Notes under the pieces: generated by a model
Seen by the model: only the letters and a program-made list of their open reading frames with translations
Told to the model about the DNA's origin: nothing
The model's database searches: none
Shown: positions 26,180 through 37,364 of the stretch, in pieces
Layout: every line of letters starts with the position of its first letter
Position numbering within the stretch: the stretch's first letter is position 1
Translations under genes and position numbers: made by a program
Assembly: GCA_964245715.1 (NCBI GenBank)
Contig: CAXTNM010000017.1
Span: 2,911-66,910 of the forward strand
Direction: 5' to 3'
Length of the DNA stretch: 64,000 nucleotides
From: an uncultured Acidobacteriaceae bacterium
GTDB lineage: Bacteria; Acidobacteriota; Terriglobia; Terriglobales; Acidobacteriaceae

Positions 26180-27409
26180 ATGGTCTCTCAGCTATACGCT
26201 AAGTGGATGTTTTCATGGGAGACAGCGCTCACTACCCGCGACACCAACCGGATCGTTCGACCGCTGGAATGGGGTGCGGAGTGGTTGGGTGGCTTTGGTG
26301 AGTCGAATCGGGAAGTCTCCGCCAAGAATCTTCCTGAGATGGCTGCGCTCAGTGAAGAGATTGCGACCCGCTCCGATGATTTTTTTGGCTATGTGACGCC
26401 AAGCGACTTCCGCATGGAGCAGCGCTATCCGCAACTCTATCCAACCAACGTCAGGCCCGAAACGCTTGCCCAGGATGCCGAGTGGAAGCGGAAGGCCGCC
26501 GCGGGCGAGATTGAGCCGGTGCCGTTCCTCCGGTTTACGTCTCCGGTCCCAAGTCAGTATCCGGAAAATGACCTGGTCAATGCGCGCTGGTTTCCGGCAA
26601 GCGCGGAGCAGGAAGAGAAGTTTCGCAAGGCGGGCAAGCCGCGACAGGCGATGGTCGTGATGCCCCAGTGGAATGCCGATGCGTTCTCGCACAACGCGCT
26701 CTGCCAGATCTTCAACCGGTTCGGGATCAGCTGCCTGCGGCTGTCGAAGCCCTATCACGATACGAGGAGACCAGCGGAGCTCGAACGTTCGGACTATGCG
26801 GTGTCGTCGAATATCGGCCGCACGATCGCGGCGTGCAGGCAGGCAGTGGTGGATATCCGCTCCTGCCTGGATTGGCTGGAGACCGAGGGCTATGAGCAGT
26901 TCGGCGTGCTGGGAACGAGCCTGGGGTCCTGCTATGCGTTTATCGCGGCGGCGCACGATCCGCGGTTGCAGGTCTGCGCGTTCAATCACGCCTCCACATC
27001 CTTTGGGGACGTGGTCTGGACGGGTCAGAGTACGCGCCACGTGCGTGAGGCATTTGAGCAAGCGGGGTTGAACCAGGACGAGGTAAGGCAGTTATTTCGT
27101 GCGATCAGTCCGATTGCCTATATGGACCGGTTTGCGAGCACCCGCACCCGCAGGAGCCTGGTTGTCCATGCAAAGTACGACCTTACCTTTATCGAGGAGT
27201 TCTCGCTCGACGTGCTCAAGAGCTTCGACGCGTACGGCGTGGACTATGTCTCGAGAGTGCTGCCGTGCGGGCACTACACGACCGGTGAGACGCCCTATAA
27301 GTACATTGATGCGTGGTATCTTTCGAGCTTCATCCATAAGGCCTTCAAGGATCTGGCGTTTGCCCGCATCGCGGAGAAGGCGGAAGCACGAGAGCTGGTA
27401 TCCCGGTAG
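26180..27409 (+). CDS. Alpha/beta hydrolase (ABHD18/DUF2048-like)
   Basis: Nucleophile elbow GTSLG and C-terminal CGHY histidine. Confidence 0.75.
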   Translation: MVSQLYAKWMFSWETALTTRDTNRIVRPLEWGAEWLGGFGESNREVSAKNLPEMAALSEEIATRSDDFFGYVTPSDFRMEQRYPQLYPTNVRPETLAQDAEWKRKAAAGEIEPVPFLRFTSPVPSQYPENDLVNARWFPASAEQEEKFRKAGKPRQAMVVMPQWNADAFSHNALCQIFNRFGISCLRLSKPYHDTRRPAELERSDYAVSSNIGRTIAACRQAVVDIRSCLDWLETEGYEQFGVLGTSLGSCYAFIAAAHDPRLQVCAFNHASTSFGDVVWTGQSTRHVREAFEQAGLNQDEVRQLFRAISPIAYMDRFASTRTRRSLVVHAKYDLTFIEEFSLDVLKSFDAYGVDYVSRVLPCGHYTTGETPYKYIDAWYLSSFIHKAFKDLAFARIAEKAEARELVSR

Positions 27410-27586
27410 ACCCTCTAACCGGTTGCGATACACCCCGTGAAAGAGAGAGAAGTACACTCCCACCCGGCTGTCTGCGGGCGCGATCGTTTTCGTCTCTTTC
27501 CTGCTTAGTTCCCTTTTTGTAAGTCTCGTCCGTGCTGAAGTACTTGTCGGTCGCTGCGCGCGGCCGGCTGGCATAAGATGGTGGTC

Positions 27587-28849
27587 ATGCCGATTGACCT
27601 GACTGCAAGCCTGAGCGCCAGCGATCCTGAGATTGCCGAGCAGCTGACCAAGGAAGTGAATCGCCAGCACGAGGGGCTGGAGATGATCGCTTCGGAGAAC
27701 TTTGTGAGCCGTGCTGTTCTTGAAGCTACAGGATCCGTCTTCACCAATAAATATGCCGAAGGATATCCCGGTAAACGCTATTACGGCGGCTGCGAGTACG
27801 CGGATGTAGTTGAAAATCTAGCGCGCGATCGCGCGAAGCAGCTGTTTGGTGCGGAACATGTAAATGTGCAGCCACATTCGGGTTCGCAGGCGAACGCGGC
27901 CACCTTCATGGCGTTGCTGACGCCGGGCGACACTATCCTGGGTCTCGACCTCGCCCACGGCGGACATCTTACGCACGGTCACAAGTTGAACTTCTCGGGC
28001 AAGCTTTACCGCATCGCCGGTTACCAGGTTCGTCAGGATACGGAGGTAATCGATTATGACGAACTCGAGGCGCAGGCGGTGCGCGAGCAGCCGAAGTTGA
28101 TCATCGGCGGCGGCAGCGCGTATCCGCGGCAGTTCGATTTTCCGCGAATGCGCGAGATTGCGGATAAGGTCGGCGCGTACTTCCTCGTGGATATGGCTCA
28201 CTTTGCGGGGTTGGTTGCGGGTGGCGCGCATCCCTCGCCCGTGCCGCACGCGCATGTGGTGACGACGACCACGCACAAGACGCTTCGCGGGCCTCGCTCC
28301 GGCTTGATTTTGGCTCGTCAGGAGTTCGCCGCGGCGATCGACCGCAGCGTCTTTCCCGGGCAACAGGGCGGTCCTTTGGTGCACGTCATTGCCGCCAAGG
28401 CAGTGGCTTTCCGGGAGGCGCTGCAGCCTGGGTTCGCGGAGTATGCCGCGCAGGTGGTCAAGAACGCCAAGGTTCTGGCAGCGGAGTTGGCGGATAAGGG
28501 GATGCGCATCATCTCCGGGGGCACCGACACGCATGTGATTCTGGTTGATGTCTTCCAAAAAGGAATTCTCGGCTCAGAGGCTGAACATGCGCTGGGGGAA
28601 GCTGGCATCACGGTGAACAAGAATGCGATCCCGTATGACAGCAATCCGCCGATGAAGCCGAGCGGCATCCGCATCGGCACGCCCGCGTTGACGACGCGAG
28701 GCATGGGAGAGGACGAGATGCGACGAATCGCTGCATGGATTGTGAGGGCGCTTGAACACCGCAACGATCCGGCCGCGCTGGCTGGAATACGCGGTGAAGT
28801 AGCGTCGCTGGCTGACGAGTTCCCGCTCTATCAGTTCCTTCGCGGCTAA
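27587..28849 (+). CDS. glyA: Serine hydroxymethyltransferase
   Basis: [30 protein letters not shown] and [12 protein letters not shown] (PLP lysine). Confidence 0.98.
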   Translation: MPIDLTASLSASDPEIAEQLTKEVNRQHEGLEMIASENFVSRAVLEATGSVFTNKYAEGYPGKRYYGGCEYADVVENLARDRAKQLFGAEHVNVQPHSGSQANAATFMALLTPGDTILGLDLAHGGHLTHGHKLNFSGKLYRIAGYQVRQDTEVIDYDELEAQAVREQPKLIIGGGSAYPRQFDFPRMREIADKVGAYFLVDMAHFAGLVAGGAHPSPVPHAHVVTTTTHKTLRGPRSGLILARQEFAAAIDRSVFPGQQGGPLVHVIAAKAVAFREALQPGFAEYAAQVVKNAKVLAAELADKGMRIISGGTDTHVILVDVFQKGILGSEAEHALGEAGITVNKNAIPYDSNPPMKPSGIRIGTPALTTRGMGEDEMRRIAAWIVRALEHRNDPAALAGIRGEVASLADEFPLYQFLRG

Positions 28850-28911
28850 GTTGGGCGGGTTTGGTCGCAACATGGCAGGCAAATCGGTGTTGAGGGTGTT
28901 GAGGTAGAGCA

Positions 28912-29400
28912 ATGGCATTGGCATTCTTATCGTGGGTTGTGGCGATTCCCCTGCTTGGCGGCTTGACCGGTTTGCGAACGATGACGCCGATGGCGGTGCT
29001 GTGCTGGTTTGCCTACGCCGGGAACCTGGAGGTGCATCGATCCTGGGCATTCTGGACGACTAAATTAGTGACGGCTGTGGTGTTCACGGTGCTGGCTGTG
29101 GGTGAGCTGATAGGAGATAAGCTGCCGAAGACGCCCAATCGTACCTCGCCGTTTCCTCTTATGGCCCGCATTGTGTTCGGAGGCCTTGTGGGCGCAATAG
29201 CGGCAACCGGATTGCGCGGGTCGATCCTCGAAGGAGTCGTGCTGGGGGTGATCTCGGCGATTGCAGGTGCGTTTCTTGGATTTCACCTGCGGCAGCACCT
29301 GGTAAAAGATCGCTCGTTTCCCGATCTACCGGTCGCCCTGGTCGAGGATGCTCTAGCGGTCGGCCTGTCGGTGATCGCGTTGGGGATTGTTACGGGTTGA
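28912..29400 (+). CDS. DUF4126-family membrane protein
   Basis: GLRTMTP and GELIGDKLPKTPNRT motifs; four hydrophobic helices. Confidence 0.7.
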   Translation: MALAFLSWVVAIPLLGGLTGLRTMTPMAVLCWFAYAGNLEVHRSWAFWTTKLVTAVVFTVLAVGELIGDKLPKTPNRTSPFPLMARIVFGGLVGAIAATGLRGSILEGVVLGVISAIAGAFLGFHLRQHLVKDRSFPDLPVALVEDALAVGLSVIALGIVTG

Positions 29401-29648
29401 GGTTGTAAACGGGATTTCGCGTTCGTCTTGAGCAACAGGAAGGACGTGGACAGTCGGCCGTATGGCGCAACTCGGATTTGTATGAAGGTCGTTTGTCTGA
29501 GATTGGCGGTAAACTGCGGTGGCAGTCGCCTCTACTCCTAAGTCAGTTCATCCCTGGCCACCATACGGTTCTGTCGGCTCTTCCGCCTCAGAAAAGAATC
29601 GAGCCCGGTCACTCGAGTCTCCAATGAAACAGGACGAAGGGAGATCTC

Positions 29649-30122
29649 ATGAGCCCGACGAAGGTTGTTTTCGTAGTTCTGATCCTGATTGCCTGTATGG
29701 GAGTGGCCGCATGGATCCGCAGGAGACGCAAACGTGTCTTCTTCGAATCCCACAGCATTGATGCCGAGCAGTTGCATGCGATGCTCTTCGAACCGGGTCG
29801 AAGCGACTCGGTCCAGGTGATCGACGTCCGTCAACCACTGGACTTGCTGGCCTACTCCCAGATCATTCCCGGTTCAAGACGGATCGCTCCCAAAGAGATC
29901 CTGGCGAACCCTGAGCTGCTTCCAAAAGACCAGAATACGATCGTGTACTGCACCTGCCCGTCGGATGAGACAGCGAGCAAGATCATGGAGAAAGCTGTCT
30001 CCATGGGTTTTGAAAAGATCAAGTTCCTTCATGGCGGTCTCGATGCCTGGAAGGAAAAGTGTTATCCGGTGGAGCCGTATGAAACCGCATTTCATCTCGA
30101 CACGCCCGGGGTCGCGTCATAG
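29649..30122 (+). CDS. Membrane-anchored rhodanese-like protein
   Basis: N-terminal transmembrane helix; IDVRQP, YCTCP and LHGGLDAW motifs. Confidence 0.8.
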   Translation: MSPTKVVFVVLILIACMGVAAWIRRRRKRVFFESHSIDAEQLHAMLFEPGRSDSVQVIDVRQPLDLLAYSQIIPGSRRIAPKEILANPELLPKDQNTIVYCTCPSDETASKIMEKAVSMGFEKIKFLHGGLDAWKEKCYPVEPYETAFHLDTPGVAS

Positions 30123-30188
30123 CTGGCTGTGAGCTCCGCTCAGGATGGCCGAAGTTTGCTGGACGCGTTCGCATAGAGCAGATTTGAG

Positions 30189-30225
30189 GACGGCCCCGGA
30201 CTCCGTTTGGAGTGCGGGGCCGGTC
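30189..30225. terminator. GC-rich hairpin between the convergent rhodanese and rnpB genes
   Basis: GACGGCCCCGGACTCC-gttt-GGAGTGCGGGGCCGGTC inverted repeat. Confidence 0.5.
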
Positions 30226-30229
30226 TTCT

Positions 30230-30683
<454 letters not shown>

Positions 30684-30844
30684 TCCAGTCTATTGCATCG
30701 GCTGCCCCGCATCGACGGAACTCTGGGAGTTCGGCTGCGTACAGAGCAGTACGCCAATGTGTGTCTCACGAAGGAATTTGAAGCCGTTCGGTCGCCGCGC
30801 GTTAGGATGAAGCTAAAGAAACAACTCAGGGACGTTCGTTCGCT

Positions 30845-32068
30845 ATGGAATTCAAAGAAGCGCTGAAGCTCGCACTGCAATCGCTCTGGGCGAACAAGCT
30901 TCGCACCGTGCTGACGCTGCTGGGCGTGGTGATCGGCGTGGCCAGTGTGATCGCGGTGGTGACTCTGGTGAACGGCGCCAACACGTTCGTGCAGACGAAG
31001 TTCACGAGCTACGGCGCGGATACCTTCACCGTGAGCAAGGCGCCCACGATCATCACCGATCCCAACGAATACACGCGCATTCAGAAGCGTAAGAACGTTC
31101 TCTTTGACGACTACAAGTATGTGCAGGAGAACTGCACGAAGTGCATCGCTATGGGCGCTCAGCAGGCGGCGACCGGCAAGCTGGTCCACGAGACGCAAGC
31201 CATCACGGATGCACAGATCCGCGGTTACACCTGGATGATGCCGCAGTTACAGAACCTGAACATCACTCAGGGCCGCGGGTTCACCGACTTCGATGAAGAG
31301 CATGCGTCGAAGGTCGCGGTCATCGGGACAGACGTCCAGGACAATCTCTTTCCCGGTATCGACCCCATCGGGCAGGAGCTGCGGGCAGACGGCACGCCCT
31401 ACACCGTGATCGGTGTCTGCGAGAAGCAGGGCAGCACGTTTGGGCAGTCGCAGGATAACTTTATCGGGGTACCGCTGACCGCCTTTATGAAGGACTACGG
31501 TTCGCAGAAGACGGTAACGATCTATGTCAAGGCCGGCAGCGCAGGACCTCCGCTTGAAGCTGCGGCGGATGAGGTCCGGGTGCTGATGCGTGCTCGCCGG
31601 CACGACATGCCCGGCCAGCCGGACGACTTCGAACTCGACACCAACAACACGCTGGTGGGGTTTTTCTCGCAGATTACCAACTCATTTGGTTTGGTCGCGG
31701 GCGCGATTGCACTCATTTCGCTGGTTGTGGGCGGCATCGTCATCATGAATATCATGCTGGTGAGCGTGACCGAACGGACGCGCGAAATCGGGATTCGTAA
31801 GGCGCTGGGGGCGCGGCGCAACGATATTCTGCTGCAGTTTCTGATTGAGTCCGGGCTGATGGCGCTGGTTGGTGGAGCGATTGGCGTGCTGGGCGGTGTC
31901 GGGGTCGCCGAGGTCATCACGATCCTGGCTGGATTCCCGTCGACAGTTGCGCTTTGGAGCGTCCTGGCCGGCCTCTTGATGGCCACCGCCACCGGGCTCT
32001 TCTTCGGTGTGTATCCTGCGCGCAAGGCGGCGGAGCTCGATCCGATTGTCGCGCTAAGGGCGGATTAG
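30845..32068 (+). CDS. MacB/FtsX-family ABC transporter permease
   Basis: NKLRTVLTLLGVVIG; IMNIMLVSVTERTREIGIRKALGA; LDPIVALR. Confidence 0.9.
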   Translation: MEFKEALKLALQSLWANKLRTVLTLLGVVIGVASVIAVVTLVNGANTFVQTKFTSYGADTFTVSKAPTIITDPNEYTRIQKRKNVLFDDYKYVQENCTKCIAMGAQQAATGKLVHETQAITDAQIRGYTWMMPQLQNLNITQGRGFTDFDEEHASKVAVIGTDVQDNLFPGIDPIGQELRADGTPYTVIGVCEKQGSTFGQSQDNFIGVPLTAFMKDYGSQKTVTIYVKAGSAGPPLEAAADEVRVLMRARRHDMPGQPDDFELDTNNTLVGFFSQITNSFGLVAGAIALISLVVGGIVIMNIMLVSVTERTREIGIRKALGARRNDILLQFLIESGLMALVGGAIGVLGGVGVAEVITILAGFPSTVALWSVLAGLLMATATGLFFGVYPARKAAELDPIVALRAD

Positions 32069-32098
32069 CATGTTGGCAGGCAGGAAGGTGGCAGGACA

Positions 32099-33355
32099 AT
32101 GAGGATCGGGGACAGCAAAGAGACGGTTCGGATGGCGATCGACACCCTGCGCACGAACAAGCTGCGGAGCGGGCTGACTATCCTGGGCATCGTCATCGGC
32201 GTGATGACAGTCATCGTCATCTCGTCGGTGGTCAATGGCTTGAACAGCAACGTCGCCGGCGTGGTCGAATCGCTGGGCTCGAATGTGCTGTTTGTCTTCC
32301 GTTTTCCCGTGTTTACCGGCCGGCCGACTACCGAAATGCTGACGCGCAAGCAGTTGACCCTGGACGATGCCATTGCGATCGGACAGCTTCCTCACGTGGT
32401 GGCTGTCTCGCCGATACTGCAGTACCAGGATCACTCCAGTCCCTTTGGCGCCGGGTCCACGATGGTGAAGGGCAACGGCCGCACCATGCAGAATGCGTCG
32501 CTTGAAGGAGCGACGCCGCCAGATAAAGATGTGGCCAACCTCGAGATCATCGAGGGTCGGTTCTTCATCGAGAGCGATCTCGAGCGCGCCGCCAAAGTTG
32601 CCGTGCTGGGCCATGATACCGCCGAGGAGTTGTTCGGCATCCAGAACGCCGTCGGCAAGGAAGTTAACGTGGCTGGCGAGGTGTTCACCGTCATCGGGGT
32701 GCGCGATCGGGAGAAGACAGCGTTTGGCGGAGGCAAGAACCCGGACGACAACATGGTCTTCATGCCGCTAACGACGTTCCATCACATGCATCCGGAGATT
32801 CTCGACTACTGGATCACGCTCAAGTACGACGATGACAAGAATCGTCCGCTGGTGCAGGATGAGATTACCGAACTGCTCCGGCGGCGGCGAAGGGTAGCGA
32901 ACGAAGCGCCTGACAACTTTTCGATCTTCGGCATGGATTCGCTCACGCGGCTCTGGACTTCGCTGACCGGCGGCCTGTTTATCCTGCTGTTTACGCTTTC
33001 GAGCGTGGCGCTGATGGTAGGCGGGGTGGGCGTGATGAACATCATGCTCGTCAGCGTAACCGAGCGAACGCGGGAGATCGGGGTACGCAAGGCTATCGGC
33101 GCCACCCGAAGTACGATCATGGCGCAGTTCACGCTCGAGGCAGTGACGCTGTGCGCGATCGGCGGCCTGATCGGCATTGTGCTGGGCAGTCTGGTCGGCT
33201 TTGGACTGAGCTTCTCGCCGGTGCCCTCGCAGCTCTCGGTATTGTGGATCTCGCTTGCGTTTGGCAGCGCCTGCGGCATTGGTCTACTCTTTGGGATCTA
33301 TCCCGCCTACAAAGCGGCAAGTCTCAATCCGATTGAGGCGCTGCGCTACGAATAA
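32099..33355 (+). CDS. MacB/FtsX-family ABC transporter permease (paralog)
   Basis: NKLRSGLTILG; VMNIMLVSVTERTREIGVRKAIGA; LNPIEALRYE. Confidence 0.9.
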   Translation: MRIGDSKETVRMAIDTLRTNKLRSGLTILGIVIGVMTVIVISSVVNGLNSNVAGVVESLGSNVLFVFRFPVFTGRPTTEMLTRKQLTLDDAIAIGQLPHVVAVSPILQYQDHSSPFGAGSTMVKGNGRTMQNASLEGATPPDKDVANLEIIEGRFFIESDLERAAKVAVLGHDTAEELFGIQNAVGKEVNVAGEVFTVIGVRDREKTAFGGGKNPDDNMVFMPLTTFHHMHPEILDYWITLKYDDDKNRPLVQDEITELLRRRRRVANEAPDNFSIFGMDSLTRLWTSLTGGLFILLFTLSSVALMVGGVGVMNIMLVSVTERTREIGVRKAIGATRSTIMAQFTLEAVTLCAIGGLIGIVLGSLVGFGLSFSPVPSQLSVLWISLAFGSACGIGLLFGIYPAYKAASLNPIEALRYE

Positions 33356-33414
33356 AACGCGGCGGGCCAACCGCTCAGGCGCTCATGTGCTCCTACGGTC
33401 AGTAGACTTGAAGC

Positions 33415-34581
33415 ATGGGGATAGCCATAGAAGCGGTGACAGCGTTGTTGACGCTGGCCGGGATTGCATACTTACTGCTCGCCCTTTGGGGCGCCCGCGA
33501 TTACGTCGCCGCGGTCAAGAAGGCGCGGTCGAGCAAGAGCTTTGCGCGGGGCGTGTCGCTCCTGAAACCCCTCAAGGGTGTAGACCCCCGGATGTATGCA
33601 GGATTAGAGAGCCACTGCCGCCAGGAGTACCCGGCTCCCTTCGAGCTTGTCTTCGGCGTTCATCGCCTCGATGATCCCGCGGTGGCTGAGGTTGAGCGGC
33701 TGCGGGCAGAGTTCCCGCAGATCGCGATCAAGCTGGTCGAGTGCAGACAACGGCTCGGCACCAGCGGCAAGGTCTCAAACCTGGTACAGATGCTGCCGAA
33801 TGCCAGCTACGAGTATGTCGTGATCAACGACAGCGATATCTTTGTGGCACCGCACTACCTGGCAGGCGTGATGGGCTATTTCGCCGATCCCGAAGTAGGC
33901 ATGGTGACGGCACCGTACATCGGACGCACCGGGGCCGGGGGACGTGAGAAGACCATCTGGTCGAAGCTCGAAGCGCTCGGGATTTCGACTGATTTCCTCC
34001 CCGGTGTGCTGACGGCGAGAAAGCTCGAAGGCGGCATACGATTCGGCATGGGTTCCACTCTAGCCTTTACGAAGACGGCGCTTGCCAGGGCGGGTGGTCT
34101 TGAGCCTCTGGTCGAGTTTCTCGCCGACGATTATGAGTTGGGCAAACGCATCGCGAAGGCAGGCTACGCCGTTCGCCTATGCGGTGACACCGTAGAGACA
34201 ACGGTGCCGGCGTATGGGTTGCGCGGCTTCTGGGATCACCAGATGCGCTGGGCTCGGTCGACGCGGGACTCGCGCAAGCTTGGCTATATCGGGCTTGGCG
34301 TCACCTATGCCGTGCCCTGGGCGCTCATGACCGTCGTCGCCAGTGGCGCTGCTCTGTGGAGCTTCACGCTCCTGGTGTTGGCTCTGCTCACGCGCGTGAC
34401 CGTCGCACTCACGATCGGGGTTGGCGTGTTGCAGGATGACCAGGTTCTTCGCGACCTGTGGCTGCTACCGGTTAGAGATCTCTTTGGACTGCTGTTCTGG
34501 GCATGGAGCTTCGCAGGAGACACAGTGGTTTGGCGCGGGGAAGAGTTCCGCTTGAAGGATGGGCGCATCTCCCGCGTGTAA
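33415..34581 (+). CDS. hpnI: Hopanoid biosynthesis glycosyltransferase (GT2, ceramide-glucosyltransferase-like)
   Basis: LKPLKG, GKVSNL, VINDSD, LADDYELG and QMRW motifs with N- and C-terminal transmembrane helices. Confidence 0.8.
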   Translation: MGIAIEAVTALLTLAGIAYLLLALWGARDYVAAVKKARSSKSFARGVSLLKPLKGVDPRMYAGLESHCRQEYPAPFELVFGVHRLDDPAVAEVERLRAEFPQIAIKLVECRQRLGTSGKVSNLVQMLPNASYEYVVINDSDIFVAPHYLAGVMGYFADPEVGMVTAPYIGRTGAGGREKTIWSKLEALGISTDFLPGVLTARKLEGGIRFGMGSTLAFTKTALARAGGLEPLVEFLADDYELGKRIAKAGYAVRLCGDTVETTVPAYGLRGFWDHQMRWARSTRDSRKLGYIGLGVTYAVPWALMTVVASGAALWSFTLLVLALLTRVTVALTIGVGVLQDDQVLRDLWLLPVRDLFGLLFWAWSFAGDTVVWRGEEFRLKDGRISRV

Positions 34582-35418
34582 TTACCGCTTTTGATTATTG
34601 AGCACGTGGTCGTGCACGTCGTCGAGCTTCTGGTGGAGCAGGTTGATGCGGCGTGAGAGCGCCTGGATCTCGCTCTCAGAGCGCACGTTGACGTCGAAGT
34701 CGAGTTCGGAACGGAGCCTATCCTTCTTATCCTGGCGGTTCTGACTCATCATGATGACGGGCGCCTGAATGGCCGCGAGCATCGACAGGAACAGGTTGAG
34801 CAGGATGAAGGGGTACGGATCCCAGGCCTTGCCGCGCAGCGCGATGTTGATGAGGGTGTAGACGGTTAACACGACGCCGAAGACGATGATGAAGGTCCAG
34901 GAGCCGCCGAAGGATGCGACGTGATCCGCGATGCGTTCGCCGAAGGTCTCTTCTTCTTCGATCAGCTGGTTGGGATTGCGCGCGGCCCGGAGCCGGATGG
35001 TCGCCTGCGAGGAGTGGAACTGGCGGGCGAGCACAGTCATCATGTCGAGGCCGGCCATCGGTTGACGCTTAATCAGTACCGTGATGTCGTTTAGGTCGAC
35101 CTCCACGCAGGAAGTCTCTTCGCAGGCCATCGCCGTGGTTTGATGCACGGTCTGGTCGAGCATGGAGGCGAAGCCGAACGGATCACCGTGCGCGGGTGCG
35201 GTGAGTTCGACCTCCTGGTGATCCTCGTCGATGGTGGTGAGCTGCACGCTCCCGCTGAGCAGGATGTAGGCGCGATCGCCTGGATCACCCACCTTGTAGA
35301 TGGTCTGACGCGTGCCGAACTGGCGAAGCTCAACCTGCGACGCGAGGATGGCGAGCTCCTCATCATCGAGGAGCGAGAAGAGCTGGACGTGGCGTAGCTC
35401 GTGGGCGGAACATGGCAT
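34582..35418 (-). CDS. cNMP-binding domain fused to DUF1003
   Basis: IYKVGDPGDRAY...PFGFASM cNMP domain; GERIADHVASFGGSW and DPYPFILLNLFLSMLAAIQAPVIMMSQNRQ. Start moved to MPCSAH at 35418. Confidence 0.88.
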   Translation of the reverse strand: MPCSAHELRHVQLFSLLDDEELAILASQVELRQFGTRQTIYKVGDPGDRAYILLSGSVQLTTIDEDHQEVELTAPAHGDPFGFASMLDQTVHQTTAMACEETSCVEVDLNDITVLIKRQPMAGLDMMTVLARQFHSSQATIRLRAARNPNQLIEEEETFGERIADHVASFGGSWTFIIVFGVVLTVYTLINIALRGKAWDPYPFILLNLFLSMLAAIQAPVIMMSQNRQDKKDRLRSELDFDVNVRSESEIQALSRRINLLHQKLDDVHDHVLNNQKR

Positions 35419-35455
35419 GATGCAGCCAGTGTAGTAGGTACGCCTGTAGCTTGAG

Positions 35456-37330
35456 TTAACGATTCGGCTGATTGGAGAGAACTTGCTTGCCCCCGGAATC
35501 GGCGATGACGTAGACCGGAGCGGGCAGGACGAGGGGTGGGCGATCCTGATCGCCTGGATCCTGCCATAGGAAGATGCGTTGCGGTCCAGACCACCTGGCG
35601 GCGATGCTCTGGCGGGTCTCGAAGATCGCAGGTGCATCGGGGAAGAACGACCCGTACCAGAGATTGGAGCTGCGACCCTCAACGATGTGGAGATCGTTGC
35701 GCCGCAAGTAGAAGCCCAGGGTGCTGCCGGCCTCGTACTCGCCATGGATTGCCACCAGATCACCCGGGCGGAGTTGCGTTGCGATGACGCGGGCCAGCTG
35801 CTCCGAGGTGAGCGTGGGAGAGAAGATCACCAACGCCTTCCAGGTGGCAAAGAGGAAGAGGAAGGCTGCGCCGGCGAGAACCAGGTTGGCCGCGGGAACG
35901 CGATTGCGTCGCGTCATCAGGAAGTAGGCGACTGATCCGCCGAGCCACGAGACGATTACCAGCCAAAGGCAGATACGGAAAAGGCCAAGCGCTTGGGCGT
36001 TGAGATCGAGGAAGTGCCCGAAGCTGAGGGCGTAGTCCGCGGGATTCTGGCTCAGCAGGGTGCTGAGATCAGTGTGAGGAGCGGGTGGCTGCGCGTGAAG
36101 AAGGAAATAGGCGCTGGTCGCCGCCGCCGCGATTCCAGCGGCAAGCATCAGCTTCGGCAGGATGCCGGTTGAGGTCGCTCTGGTGAGGTGGCGCGCGACG
36201 AGGAGGATCATCGGCGGCAACGCGGGTAGAACGTAATATTCCTGGCGGGTCGAGAAGCAGAAAAATGCCAGCGGGATGACAGCCCAGAGAAGCAGGAGGA
36301 GGTTGGTTCGTTCTTCCGGCGAGAGCGTGTGGGTGCGGAGACGGGAGCGGAAATTATGTTCGCGGAAAGGGAAAGACGTGGCAAGCGCCTGAGGCAGGAA
36401 AGCAGACCAGGGGAGAAGCCAAACCAGGATGAGGCCGAGAAAGAGCCAGAGAGGGACGGTGTCATAGTCGCGAGGGACGCGCAGGTTCAGGTAACGAAGA
36501 ACCTGCTCGTTGACAAAGTAGAACCAGGCCCAGCCATGGACGTTGCCATCAGTCGGCAACGGGACCGTGAAGTGCCCGTTGGCAAAGCTAAGAGTGCCAG
36601 GACGGCCCTGGCCTGGGTTCGCGAGCGCGGCAAGAACGTGCCAGGGCACAGCCAGGAGGAGGAAGAGCGCCGCACTGGTGAGCGGGTGGTAACTCCGCAG
36701 ACGCCTGAGGGCCGGGCGCGGACCGTGGGTCATAAGCAGGGTAAGAACCACAATCGCAACCGGGAAGACGATGCCGATCAGCCCCTTCGTGAGGATGTTC
36801 AACGCGCAGGCTATGGCAAACAGCCCGCAAAGCGTCTGTGAAGGTGCCGTCTCGGCTTCTGCCCGCCAGAAGGCGTAGAGCGCGAGCACGAGCCAGTCGC
36901 AGACCAGCACGTCGGGGATATTGATCCGCGAGAAGATGAAGATGCCGAAGCTCGAAAGTGTGATCAGGCCGGCGTAGAGCCCGCACTTTGGGACCTTGTA
37001 GGCGCGGCGGGCGAAGCTTTCCAGGAGAAAGGCGAGCAGCAGGACGCCAAAGGCCAGCGGAAGCCTCGAAGCCGCGGTGGAGACGCCGAGGAGCTTGAAC
37101 GACGCGGCCATAGACCAGTAATAGAGCGGCGCTTTTTCTAAGTAACGGATGCCATTGGCGTATAGTGTCACGAAATCGTGGCGCGTGAGCATCTCGCGCG
37201 CGACCTCGGCGTGTACGGAGTCGGCGTCGTCCAGCAGGGGCGGCGTAAACAAGGTGAACGAGCAGTAGAAGACGAGCCAGCAGACGAGAAGGACGAGGCG
37301 GGATTTGCGTGGCTCGGTGAGTGCGGTCAC
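35456..37330 (-). CDS. ArnT/PMT-family (GT39/GT83-like) glycosyltransferase
   Basis: DDADSVHAEVAREM, YLEKAPLYYW, LTKGLIG and RQEYYVLP motifs; about 13 hydrophobic helices. Confidence 0.88.
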   Translation of the reverse strand: MTALTEPRKSRLVLLVCWLVFYCSFTLFTPPLLDDADSVHAEVAREMLTRHDFVTLYANGIRYLEKAPLYYWSMAASFKLLGVSTAASRLPLAFGVLLLAFLLESFARRAYKVPKCGLYAGLITLSSFGIFIFSRINIPDVLVCDWLVLALYAFWRAEAETAPSQTLCGLFAIACALNILTKGLIGIVFPVAIVVLTLLMTHGPRPALRRLRSYHPLTSAALFLLLAVPWHVLAALANPGQGRPGTLSFANGHFTVPLPTDGNVHGWAWFYFVNEQVLRYLNLRVPRDYDTVPLWLFLGLILVWLLPWSAFLPQALATSFPFREHNFRSRLRTHTLSPEERTNLLLLLWAVIPLAFFCFSTRQEYYVLPALPPMILLVARHLTRATSTGILPKLMLAAGIAAAATSAYFLLHAQPPAPHTDLSTLLSQNPADYALSFGHFLDLNAQALGLFRICLWLVIVSWLGGSVAYFLMTRRNRVPAANLVLAGAAFLFLFATWKALVIFSPTLTSEQLARVIATQLRPGDLVAIHGEYEAGSTLGFYLRRNDLHIVEGRSSNLWYGSFFPDAPAIFETRQSIAARWSGPQRIFLWQDPGDQDRPPLVLPAPVYVIADSGGKQVLSNQPNR

Positions 37331-37364
37331 CCTCCAAGGGTAAATGGGCCGTTATGATGGGCTT

